Positions 55,551 through 64,000 of a DNA stretch of 64,000 nucleotides are shown here, piece after piece. Origin of the DNA: Vicinamibacterales bacterium (GTDB taxonomy: Bacteria; Acidobacteriota; Vicinamibacteria; Vicinamibacterales; UBA8438). The stretch spans positions 10,035 through 74,034 of the forward strand of contig CAXXTG010000281.1 of assembly GCA_963666855.2 (NCBI GenBank). The letters are read 5' to 3'. Position numbers and translations under genes: made by a program. The notes beneath the pieces are model-generated. The model saw only the letters and a program-made list of their open reading frames with translations. It was not told the origin of the DNA and made no database searches. The stretch's first letter is position 1. Every line of letters starts with the position of its first letter.

Positions 55551-56366
55551 TCAGGCGCGGTGTCGCTGCTGCTCGAAGGCGCGTTCGACGAGTTGGTGCG
55601 TCGTGGCGTAGCAGCGTTGGCAGAAGCTCGTGAACGGGGCGAGCTCGAACGGGCTCGGCCAGACGCCGGTCGCCGGCGTGATGCGGCCGATCCGGCGCTG
55701 GTAGCGGGCCAGGGTGTCGATGTAGGCTCGGCGCTCCTCCTTCGGAATCATGAGCGGCGGCAGTCCCGCGTTGAGCAGGGGCACGTTCGCCAGCAGACGG
55801 GCGAGCCGGCCGTTGCCGTCCCAGAAGGGGTGGATGGACACGAAGCCGGCGTGGATGCGGGCGTAGGCGGGCGCGGCCTCCCCCGGGTCGTCGGGCCGAA
55901 GGCGGGCGGCGTTGACGCGGTCGAGGACCTCGGCCATGAGGGGCGGCACGTGTTCCGGCGCGGCGTACTCGACGAAGACCTGGGCGCCGTTCTCGTCCAC
56001 CGCGTCGGTGCCGTTCGGTTCGACCTTCCAGCCTCCAAGCGGCTTGAGGATGTCGACGACGCGCTCCGCCTGGACGCTGCGGTGCAGGGCGAACAGGTCG
56101 TCGGCGGTGACCCCGCGGCCGAGCAGGTCGTAGATCTGGGTAATGGCGGCGGCGTGGCCGATGACCTCCTGGTGGTCCTTGACGGGTTTGCCGGCGACGG
56201 TCAGGCCTTCCTCGATGACGAACTTCGTGTCGCCCAGGCTGAGCGAGTTGCCCTCGAGGGCGGTGGAGTTGTGGGTCCAGGCGTCGCGGATCTGATTGAG
56301 CAGCGACTGCCGGAGGTCCGCGTCGAGTCCCGCCAGGAACCGCAGGGACGCCGGGCCGGGGGTCAC
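55551..56366 (-). CDS. Class II Fic family protein (AMPylase-type)
   Basis: The active-site motif HPFWDGNGRLAR is present. An N-terminal inhibitory-helix motif STALEGN ((S/T)xxxE(G/N)) is also present. The GTG start overlaps the sulfatase stop (GTGA). Confidence 0.85.
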   Translation of the reverse strand: MTPGPASLRFLAGLDADLRQSLLNQIRDAWTHNSTALEGNSLSLGDTKFVIEEGLTVAGKPVKDHQEVIGHAAAITQIYDLLGRGVTADDLFALHRSVQAERVVDILKPLGGWKVEPNGTDAVDENGAQVFVEYAAPEHVPPLMAEVLDRVNAARLRPDDPGEAAPAYARIHAGFVSIHPFWDGNGRLARLLANVPLLNAGLPPLMIPKEERRAYIDTLARYQRRIGRITPATGVWPSPFELAPFTSFCQRCYATTHQLVERAFEQQRHRA

Positions 56367-57835
56367 TGCGTGATCCACGGCCGCCGGCGCGGCCACCTCG
56401 GTCCGTCCTCGAAGAACCGCACCCCGCTGCCGATGCGGTCGTGGTCGCCCAGCTCGGCCCGCGCCGCGTTGGCGAGAGCCGTGAGGCGCTCGACGACGTC
56501 GGGGTGGTCGGCCGCGACGTTGCGCGTCTCGCCGATGTCGGTCTCCAGGTTGTAGAGCTCGAGGCCGGTCACCGGCTCGAGCAGCTCGCCGATGAACGCG
56601 CCGGTCTTCGAGAGCAGCCACTCCGACTCGTCCCGCCCCGGCCGCGGGAACACGAGCTTCCAGGGGCCGCTGCGCACCGCGTCGAGGTGGGTCTCGCGGT
56701 AGTAGTAGAACGCTTCGTGGGGGCTCGCGGCGCCCGGCTCGCCGAGCATCAGGGCGGAGATGTCGCGGCCGTCGAGGGTGCGGTCGGGGGGCGGCTCGGC
56801 CCCGGCCATGGCGATGAACGTGGGGAGGAGGTCCATCGTGGTGGCGATTTCGGCCGTCTCGGCGCCGGCGGGGATGCGGCCGGGCCCCCACATCACGGTG
56901 GGGACGCGCATGCCGCCCTCCCACGTCGTCGCCTTGGCCCCGCGCAGGGGACCGGCGGAGCCGGCGTGCGCGGTGATGTTCTCCCGGTAGCGCGGCAGGG
57001 CGTGGTTGCTCCAGGGGCCGTTGTCGGACGTGTAGACGACGATGGTGTTCCGTGCGAGGTCGAGCTCGGCGAGCAGGTCGAGAATCTCGCCGGTGCTCGC
57101 GTCGAGCTCCTCGATGACGTCGCCGTAGAGCCCGCGTCGCGAGCCCCCCTTGAACGGCTCGCCCGCGTCGAGGACGACGTGGGGCATGGTGTGCGCGACG
57201 TAGAGGAAGAACGGCTCGTCGCGGTGGCGGCGGATGAAGGCGAGGGCCTCGTCGGTGTAGCGGCGGGTCAGGTTGTGCAGCGGGGCCGACTCCTCGATGC
57301 GCTCCTCGTTGCGGTACACCCAGTGGACTTCGCCGCTGTCGTTGGCCCCGACGACGCCGAACCAGTAGTCGAAGCCGCGGCGCACCGGGTTGAGCTCGGG
57401 GCGGAAGCCGCGGCGCCGCTGGGTGATGTCGGTCTTGCCGATCATCCCGGTGGCGTAGCCGGCGGCCTGGAGGACCGACGGCAGCAGGATCTCCCGCTCG
57501 TGGACGTAGGGGAAGTTGTTCTTCTGGTTGCCGTACTCGGCGACCCGGATCGGGTAGCTGCCGGTGAGCAGCGCCGTTCGGGACGGGCCGCACACCGGCT
57601 GCGCGTAGAAGCTGGTGAACCGCATGCCCTCGTGCGCCATGCGGTCGATGCGCGGCGTGTCGAAGTCGGTGGCCCCGAACACCCCGAGGTCGCCGTAGCC
57701 CTGGTCGTCGGCGAACACGAGGACGAAGTTCGGTCGGGTCGGCGCCTCCTGAGATGCCGCCGGCGCGGCGTACGCGCAGATGCCGGCGGCGAGGAGCAGC
57801 GGAATGCAGGGCAGCCGTTCCGGGCGGCGGGGCAT
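56363..57835 (-). CDS. Arylsulfatase (formylglycine-dependent)
   Basis: ATG 57835 follows AAGGAGG and is followed by a signal peptide. DDQGYGDLG and the CGPSRTALLTG (CxPSR) motif are present. Confidence 0.85.
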   Translation of the reverse strand: MPRRPERLPCIPLLLAAGICAYAAPAASQEAPTRPNFVLVFADDQGYGDLGVFGATDFDTPRIDRMAHEGMRFTSFYAQPVCGPSRTALLTGSYPIRVAEYGNQKNNFPYVHEREILLPSVLQAAGYATGMIGKTDITQRRRGFRPELNPVRRGFDYWFGVVGANDSGEVHWVYRNEERIEESAPLHNLTRRYTDEALAFIRRHRDEPFFLYVAHTMPHVVLDAGEPFKGGSRRGLYGDVIEELDASTGEILDLLAELDLARNTIVVYTSDNGPWSNHALPRYRENITAHAGSAGPLRGAKATTWEGGMRVPTVMWGPGRIPAGAETAEIATTMDLLPTFIAMAGAEPPPDRTLDGRDISALMLGEPGAASPHEAFYYYRETHLDAVRSGPWKLVFPRPGRDESEWLLSKTGAFIGELLEPVTGLELYNLETDIGETRNVAADHPDVVERLTALANAARAELGDHDRIGSGVRFFEDGPRWPRRRPWITQ

Positions 57836-58056
57836 GGGGTCCCTCCTTGTGTCGCGGCGGGTTCGCGCGAACCGCCGCTTCACGACGGCGGCGGTGACGA
57901 AGAGCCAGAACAGCAGCGCGCCGGTCAGCACCCCCGGTCCGAGCAGCATCTCCCCGTCGCGGGTGGTGACGATGGCGCCCGCGTGATACGCGAGGAGGGC
58001 GCCGATCGTCAGCCACAGCAGCCACCGGCGCACCGTGCCGCCGCGGCCCAGAGCCT

Positions 58057-59409
58057 CTACTCCTTCCGGATGCTGTAGAGCTTCGACTGCGTGCGGATGA
58101 GCAGCCGGTCCCCCGCGATGGCCGGGGACGCCAGGGCGAGCTCGCCGAGGCTGTTCACCCCCATGACCTCGAACTCGCGCCCGGCGCGGATCACGTAGGT
58201 GTCGCCCTGCTCGCTCAGCGCGAAGATCTTCCCGTTGTAGGCCCAGGGCGACGACGTGAAGCTGGCCGCGACCCGGATGCGCTGCCGCCCGTAGACCGGC
58301 TCGCCGGTCCGCGCGTCGTAGGCCTCGAAGAAGCCGCGGTCGAGCAGGCTGTAGTAGATGTCGCCGTAGATCAGCGGCGACGTGTTGTAGTTCCCCGCCC
58401 GCGGCTGGTACCACGCCACGTACTCGTTCGACCGCTCGCCCTCCGCGAGGGTGATGTCGCCGCTCGCCCCGGGCCGGATCGCGTAGGCGGGCCGGTGCTC
58501 GTCGCGGAAGTAACCCGAGTTCACGTACACGAGGCCGTGGCTCGAGAACGGGGTGGCGATGGCCGCCCACGACATCCGGCCGTCCATCTCCCAGAGCAGG
58601 TTCCCGTCGAGGTCGTACGAGCGGATGCGGTTCACCGCCGAGGTCACGATCTCGGTCCGCCCCTCGTGCTCCCACACGTACGGGCTCGCCCAGCTCGACA
58701 CCTCGTCGCGCGCCGTGCGCCACAGCTCGGCCCCGGTGCGCTTGTCGAGGGCCGCGATCCACGACTCCTCCTCGTTGTCGTACACGATGATCACCATGTC
58801 GCCGTGCACCACCGGCGACGAGGCCGACCCCCAGTCCGAGCGCGTCTGCCGGTCGGGTATCTCGAGCCGCCACACCTCGTTGCCGTCCATGTCGAACGTG
58901 TAGAGGCCGAGCTCGCCGAACCGCACGTAGACGCGTTCGCCGTCGGTGGCCGGGGTCTCCGAGGCGTACGAGTTCTTCATGTGCCGCGGGAAGGCGGGGC
59001 GTCCCGTCTCGACCGAACGCCGCCACAACACGTCGCCGGTCTCCAGGCTCAGGCAGTAGACCAGCCAGTCGTGCTGCAGGGGAACCGGGTCGGGCCGCCC
59101 CCGCGGGGCGTAGAGGCCGGGCTTGGGCAGCTCGAAGTCGCCGTCGGCGGTCACCGTGGTCAGGAAGACCCGGTCGCCCCACACCACCGGGCTCGACCAG
59201 CCCAGGCCGGGGATGTCGGCGGCCCACTCGACGTTCTCGGTCTCGCTCCACGTCTCGGGGAGGTCGGGGTTGTCGGCGACGGCCGCGTTCATCGTCGGGC
59301 CGCGGAACTGCGGCCAGTTGTCGTTGCCGGCCGCCGCCGCGGCGGCCGCGAGGGCGAGGCAGAGGGCGAGTGCGCATCCCGTCGTCGTGAGTCTCATCGT
59401 CGTGTCCAC
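58057..59409 (-). CDS. PQQ-like beta-propeller repeat protein, secreted
   Basis: The sequence NWPQFRGPTMNAAV...VEWAADIPGLGWSSPVVWGDRVFLTT is followed by repeated propeller blades. Confidence 0.75.
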   Translation of the reverse strand: MDTTMRLTTTGCALALCLALAAAAAAAGNDNWPQFRGPTMNAAVADNPDLPETWSETENVEWAADIPGLGWSSPVVWGDRVFLTTVTADGDFELPKPGLYAPRGRPDPVPLQHDWLVYCLSLETGDVLWRRSVETGRPAFPRHMKNSYASETPATDGERVYVRFGELGLYTFDMDGNEVWRLEIPDRQTRSDWGSASSPVVHGDMVIIVYDNEEESWIAALDKRTGAELWRTARDEVSSWASPYVWEHEGRTEIVTSAVNRIRSYDLDGNLLWEMDGRMSWAAIATPFSSHGLVYVNSGYFRDEHRPAYAIRPGASGDITLAEGERSNEYVAWYQPRAGNYNTSPLIYGDIYYSLLDRGFFEAYDARTGEPVYGRQRIRVAASFTSSPWAYNGKIFALSEQGDTYVIRAGREFEVMGVNSLGELALASPAIAGDRLLIRTQSKLYSIRKE

Positions 59410-59526
59410 TCAAATGGGGCCCGCCCGCGGACGTCGCTCGGACGCCGCGGGCGGGCGGGTTCCGTCCGCCGCCCCGTTCCACGACGGGCAGTCCGCCGCG
59501 CGGGCCGCATCGCGTAGGCCGCCGCG

Positions 59527-59549
59527 GGCGGGCGGGTTCGGTCCGCCCG
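59527..59549 (-). terminator. GC hairpin downstream of 59633..60202
   Basis: The hairpin is gcgggcgg-gttcggt-ccgcccgc. A degenerate second copy of the motif gccgcgggcgggcgggttc lies at 59443-59470. Confidence 0.4.
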
Positions 59550-59632
59550 CGATTCGGCCGTTGGCCGTCATCGTGCCGGTGCCGCCGGTCGCGGCCTGCC
59601 GCCGGGGGCGGGTTGCGGCCGCCGCGGGCAGG

Positions 59633-60202
59633 CTATTGGCCGGGGAGCATGATGTGGGCGGCCGACAGGCCCGCCTCCATGATCCAGGTGCCGGCCTGCG
59701 TATAGCTGCCCGCGTCGGGCAGGCCCAGGGTCTCGGCCGTCGCGAACGGCACCGCGATGGTCGTGTGCAGGTTGGCCGACTCGGCGTCCGCGCCGTTCAG
59801 CGAGTAGTAGACCGAGCCGAACTCCGAGACCTCGCGCGAGCCGTCGGCCTCGGCCGTCTCGCGCGTCGTCCGCAGCTCGTCGGCGCTCATGCCCGACAGG
59901 GCCCAGGCCCGGTTCTGCTTGACGCGGGCGAGGTTCCCCTCGCTCGTGCATTGCACCGCGAACTGGCGGCTCGGCTCGTCCGAGCGGTCCCAGCAGATCA
60001 GGCCGTTCGAGCCCTCGCGCAGCACCGTCTCGGCCCCGTCGGGGGCGAGCCGCAGCACCGTGGCGTTGGCCCGCAGGGCCGGCGGCGCGGCCATCGTGGC
60101 CTTGGCGATCTCTTCCTCCATGGTCTGCGCCGGCGCGGTTGCCGGCGCGGCGAGCAGGGCCGCCCCGGCCAGGGCGATTGCGGCGATGTGGGTCTTGCGC
60201 AT
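59633..60202 (-). CDS. Hypothetical secreted protein
   Basis: The signal peptide is MRKTHIAAIALAGAALLAAPATAPAQ. No family is recognised. Confidence 0.5.
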   Translation of the reverse strand: MRKTHIAAIALAGAALLAAPATAPAQTMEEEIAKATMAAPPALRANATVLRLAPDGAETVLREGSNGLICWDRSDEPSRQFAVQCTSEGNLARVKQNRAWALSGMSADELRTTRETAEADGSREVSEFGSVYYSLNGADAESANLHTTIAVPFATAETLGLPDAGSYTQAGTWIMEAGLSAAHIMLPGQ

Positions 60203-60304
60203 GACTGTAGCTCCCCGAATCGAGTGTCGAGTTCCAGTGGGCTCGGCGCCCCGCGGCGAACGAGCCCGCGTATCGGGCCGTTCAGCCCGGCGGGCTTCAT
60301 TCTA

Positions 60305-60332
60305 GCCGGAACCGCGGCTCGACGGTTCCGGC
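60305..60332 (-). terminator. Hairpin downstream of 60406..60813
   Basis: The hairpin is gccggaacc-gcggctcgac-ggttccggc (9-bp stem). Confidence 0.4.
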
Positions 60333-60405
60333 TTCGCCCCCAATCGCCGTGGCCGTTCCCGGTGCCTTCGTCGTTTGCGGGAAGCCGACGTGCCGCGCTC
60401 GACGT

Positions 60406-60813
60406 TCACCCCCTGCCGTCGTCGATGTGGTCGAGCGTGGCCAGGACGCCGCCGAAGACGTAGGACGCGAACCCGGTGAGCAGGAGCAGCATCGAAAGCG
60501 CGAGCCCTTCCGCTCGGGCGAGTTCGACCTCGATGACGTTGTCTGCCAGGAACGCGGGCAAGAACATGACGAAATAGGCGAGCGTGCGGACCCCGGGCCG
60601 TCGGCGGACGTTCATCATGCCGAACCTGCCGTCGCCCACCACGACGGACAGGGCCAGGGCCGATGCGCCCGCGGCCAAGCCGTTCAGGAGGGCGAGCCCC
60701 CACGGCGCACCGATGAGCTGCCCGATCGCGGCGGCGACGAGCCCGCCCGCGGCGACGCCGATGACGATCGATTTCACCGTGAATACCTGCATAGTTGAGA
60801 CCTCCAAGCGCAC
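60406..60813 (-). CDS. Hypothetical membrane protein (about 4 TM)
   Basis: A hydrophobic 135-aa ORF. The start may be ATG 60792. Confidence 0.45.
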   Translation of the reverse strand: MRLEVSTMQVFTVKSIVIGVAAGGLVAAAIGQLIGAPWGLALLNGLAAGASALALSVVVGDGRFGMMNVRRRPGVRTLAYFVMFLPAFLADNVIEVELARAEGLALSMLLLLTGFASYVFGGVLATLDHIDDGRG

Positions 60814-61019
60814 CGGCAGAGCGCCGATCGACCCTGGCGATACCGCTGCCGGCCCGGTGGCGGCATCGACGATCCGACGCCCGGCCGTCCTGTTTTGCGC
60901 TATGATGGCACGGTTCCGGCGTCTGTTCCGCGGCGGCGGGCTCGTGCGTCCCGCGGGCGGACGGTGCCGGGCGGTATCGTAGACGGGGAGCCCGTGGGTT
61001 GGCTACGGCTCCATTGGGG

Positions 61020-63471
61020 ATGACGGGGAAGACGATGCGCACTTGGCTCGCGTCCGTAGTTGCCGCGTTGCTGTTGCTGCCGTGGGGCGGCGCGCCCGCG
61101 GGAGCGGCATCGTCGGCGGAGTCGACGGGTGCCGAGCCCGCGGCGCCGGAGGTGTCGGCCCGCGTCGGGCAGGCGCCGGCGACTTCGCCGGAAGCGGCCG
61201 AAGCGTCCCGCACCGTGATCCGGCGCTACTGCGTCGCCTGCCACAACGGCCGCACCCTCACGGCCGGGCTCGCCCTCGACGATGTCGATCTGACGCGGGT
61301 CGGGGACCACGCCGAGCTGTGGGAGATGGTGGTCCGGAAGCTGCGCGCCGGCCTGATGCCCCCGGCGGGCCGGCCGCGTCCCGACGAGGCCACCTACGAC
61401 CGCGTGGCGACGTGGCTCGAGACCGAGCTCGACGCCGCGGCGGCGGCGCGGCCGAACCCCGGCCGCACCCAGACCTTCCACCGGCTCAACCGCGCCGAGT
61501 ACCGGAACGCGGTCCGCGACGTGCTCGGCGTCACCGTCGACGTCGAGGAGCTCCTGCCCGCCGACAGCGCGAGCTACGGCTTCGACAACATCGCCGGGGT
61601 GCTGCGCGTGTCCGAGTCGCTCATGGAGCGCTACCTGACCGCGGCCCGCCGCATCGGCCGCGCCGCGGTGGGCACGACGCCGCCGACGGCGGTGGCCCGC
61701 ACCTACACCGTCTCGCCGGCCCTGCCGCAGGACGACCACATTGATGGCCTGCCCTACGGGACCCGCGGGGGCGCGCTGATCACCCACCGGTTCCCGCTCG
61801 ACGCCGAGTACGTGCTGCGGGTGGAGGTGTCCCGGGTGGCGGGCGGCGCGCAGCTCGAGGTGACCATCGACGGCGGGCGCGTCGAGCTGTTCCGCATGCA
61901 GCAGGGGCTGCCGTCGCTCGACATCGACGGGAACGAGGTCGGCGACAACCTCGAGGTGCGGTTGCCCGTCGCGGCCGGCCCCCGCGAGATCGGGGTCGCG
62001 TTCCTGAAGACGCCGGCCCTGCTGTCGGAGAGCCCGCGGCGCCTCTTCCTCAACCCGACGGTGAGCCGGCGCGAACTGCCGTACCTGCGCAGCGTCACCG
62101 TCACCGGGCCGTTCGACGTGACCGGCCCCGGCGACACCCCGGCCCGTCAGCGCCTCTTCGTGTGCCGGCCCGCGGACGCCGCCGGGGAGGAGGCCTGCGC
62201 CGACACGATTCTCGGCGCCCTGGCCCGGCGGGCGTGGCGCCGGCCGGTCGACGACGCCGACCTCGAGATCCTGCGCATCGCCTACGCGGCGGGGCGCGAG
62301 GGCGGGGACTTCGAGGCGGGCATCGAGCGCGCGCTGCAGCAGCTCTTGGTGAGCCCCGAGTTCCTGTTCCGGGTCGAGGCCGATCCGGCCGACGCTCCGG
62401 CCGCGGCCGTCAACTACCGCCTCGGCGACCTCGAGCTGGCGTCGCGGCTGTCGTTCTTCCTCTGGAGCAGCGTGCCCGACGACGATCTGCTCGACGCGGC
62501 GGCGGGCGGCCGCCTGTCCGACCCCGCGGAGCTCGATCGGCAGGTGCGCCGGATGCTCGCCGACGACCGCGCCCGCGCCCTGACCGACAACTTCGTCGGC
62601 CAGTGGCTGCAGCTCCGGAACCTGGAGGCGGCGCGGCCGTCGCAGGTGCTGTTCGCCGACTTCGACGACGGGCTGCGGCGGGCGTTCCGCCGCGAGACCG
62701 AGCTGTTCTTCGAGAGCGTCGTGCGCGAGGACCGCAGCGTCCTCGACCTGCTCGACGCCGACTATACGTTCGTCAACGACCGGCTCGCGCGGCATTACGG
62801 CATTCCCCACGTGCAGGGGAGCCACTTCCGCCGGGTGCCGGTGAGCGGGCACCGGGGCGGGCTGCTCGGGCAGGGCAGCATTCTGACCATCACCTCGCAC
62901 CCGGTGCGGACGTCGCCGGTGTTCCGCGGCCGGTGGATACTGACCAACATCCTCGGGACGCCGCCGCCCGACCCGCCCCCCAACGTGCCGGCGCTGCCGG
63001 ACCGGGCGGGGGCCTACGCCGACCGCACCCCGTCGATGCGGGAGCGGATGGCCGCGCACCGCGACAACCCCGCCTGCGCGAGCTGCCACGCGATGATCGA
63101 CCCCCCTCGGCTTCGGGCTCGAGCGCTTCGACCCCGTCGGCCGGCTGCGCGACGTCGACGAGCAGCACCAGCCGATCGACGCCTCGGGGGTGCTGCCGGA
63201 CGGGACGGCTTTCGACGACGTCCCCGGGCTCAGGACGGCGCTGCTGGCGCGCCCGGACCGGTTCGTGGGCACGCTGACCGAGAAGCTGCTGACCTACGCG
63301 CTGGGCCGGGGGCTGGAGCCCTACGACATGCCGGCGGTGAGGCGGATCGTGCGCGACGCCGCGGACGAGGAATACCGCCTGTCGGCGGTCGTGCTCGGCA
63401 TCGTCGAGAGCCTGCCGTTCCGCGAACGGCGCACGGCCCCGGCCGATGCGCCGCTGGCCGCCGCGCGGTGA
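61020..63471 (+). CDS. Second DUF1592-family (PSCyt-type) protein; frame broken at the C6 run 63100-63105
   Basis: YCVACHN, RLSFFLWSSVPDDDLL, NFVGQWL and CASCHAMIDP are in one frame. LGFGLERFDPVGR...LPDGTAFDD...LTEKLLTYALGRG follows in the next frame (ORF 63190..63471). Confidence 0.7.
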
Positions 63472-63650
63472 CGGCGAACTGGCGCGGTTCGCGAACTGGC
63501 GTGCGTGGGTTCGCGAACTGGCGTTCATTGGTGAACCGGGAGTCGTTCGTTGGCGAAACCGGAGTGCGATTCGCCCGCGAACCGGCGTTCCGTTCGTTCG
63601 TGAACCGAATTCGTTTCGAGTTGATCCGTTGGCGAGTTGACCTGCTGACC
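63472..63650. repeat. Lower-GC spacer built from reiterated (g)gttcgcgaac(t/c)ggcg-type motifs
   Basis: gcgaactggcg occurs three times (about 63475, 63491 and 63512). Variants gcgaaaccggag and gcgaaccggcg, and several gttcgt/gaaccg half-sites, are also present. The spacer ends at the AAGGAG RBS. Confidence 0.6.
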
Positions 63651-63664
63651 TGAAGGAGATCGGG

Positions 63665-64000
63665 ATGATCATCACCAAGATGGCGCTGCCGCGGCGGAGC
63701 TTCCTGCGCGGGATGGGGGCGACGCTGGCCCTGCCGTTCCTCGACGCGATGGTGCCGGCGCTGTCGGCCGCCGCGCCGGGGGGGAACCGGGTCACCCGCC
63801 TGGGCTTCGTCTACGCGCCCAACGGCACTTACTTGCCCAATTTCCACCCCGCCACCACCGGAAAGGGCTACGAGATGACCCCGGTGCTGCAGGCCCTCGA
63901 GCCGTTCCGCAACGACATGGTGGTGTTGAGCGGCCTGAGCAACAAGGGGGCGGAGACGCAGAGCGAAGGGGGCGGCGTCCACACCCGCGTGCACACCGCG
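63665..64000 (+). CDS. Second DUF1552 protein, N-terminal part (continues beyond the window)
   Basis: This ORF is not in the supplied ORF track because it is open at the window end. ATG 63665 follows AAGGAG. MIITKMALPRRSFLRGMGATLALPFLDAM parallels 53744. Confidence 0.75.
   Translation, partial: MIITKMALPRRSFLRGMGATLALPFLDAMVPALSAAAPGGNRVTRLGFVYAPNGTYLPNFHPATTGKGYEMTPVLQALEPFRNDMVVLSGLSNKGAETQSEGGGVHTRVHTA

Noticed and set aside
57836-58033. An in-frame upstream extension of the sulfatase (GTG 58033) encoding two TM helices.
   Set aside because: ATG 57835 has a perfect AAGGAGG RBS and is followed by its own signal peptide. The extension may be a shadow of the open frame, although a small membrane ORF cannot be excluded.

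Overview
This is a 64-kb, gene-dense bacterial chromosomal segment that is very GC-rich (roughly 70% by eye). Three PadR-associated MacB-like ADOP permease genes and two DUF1592/DUF1552 pairs suggest an Acidobacteriota-type genome; this is inference and is unverified. Left part: TamB C-terminus, BamA/Omp85, a SurA-like chaperone and a CPBP protease. These are followed by the class II (B12-dependent) ribonucleotide reductase nrdJ behind a promoter carrying two NrdR boxes. Next come an SDR gene bracketed by ~88-nt inverted palindromic repeats and a decayed SNF2-helicase relic beside an unusual SWIM-zinc-finger/15-aa-repeat/HTH protein. The left part ends with an MBL hydrolase, a hicBA module, rpmE and an amidohydrolase. 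Middle part: a truncated DesK-type kinase is fused out of frame to a LuxR-type regulator tail. It is followed by a seven-gene minus-strand efflux operon: MacA-like adaptor, TolC, PadR, ADOP permease, DUF4097/LiaG-like protein, a second ADOP permease with an in-frame TGA, and an ABC ATPase. Two direct copies of the regulator tail bracket this operon. Then come a VOC protein, an HpcH aldolase, a second hicBA, a cyclase, a VOC fusion protein, an orphan SPPY beta-class DNA methyltransferase, a PPOX flavoprotein, and PadR plus a third ADOP permease. At the 3' end of that permease sits a 2.4-kb lower-GC islet (TniQ-like relic, single-chain MNT-HEPN, unknown ORF). It is bounded by ~120-nt direct repeats that duplicate the permease 3' end. 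Right part: a NitT/TauT-type ABC importer, a secreted ankyrin / CarboxypepD_reg-CxxCH / phosphatase-like operon, an alpha-carbonic anhydrase and a DUF1640 protein. It also holds two DUF1592(PSCyt)/DUF1552 pairs and a class II Fic gene coupled to an arylsulfatase and a PQQ-like propeller. No rRNA, tRNA or CRISPR array was found. I do not see a clear-cut multi-gene novel system. The best candidates for something new are the repeat-bounded islet with the MNT-HEPN fusion, the N-domain::HicB-HicA module, and the SWIM-repeat-HTH protein. There are at least six apparent frameshifts, several at mononucleotide runs, so assembly indel errors must be excluded before any of these genes is called a pseudogene. 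Most very long ORFs in the six-frame track that overlap the genes listed here are GC-driven shadow ORFs.
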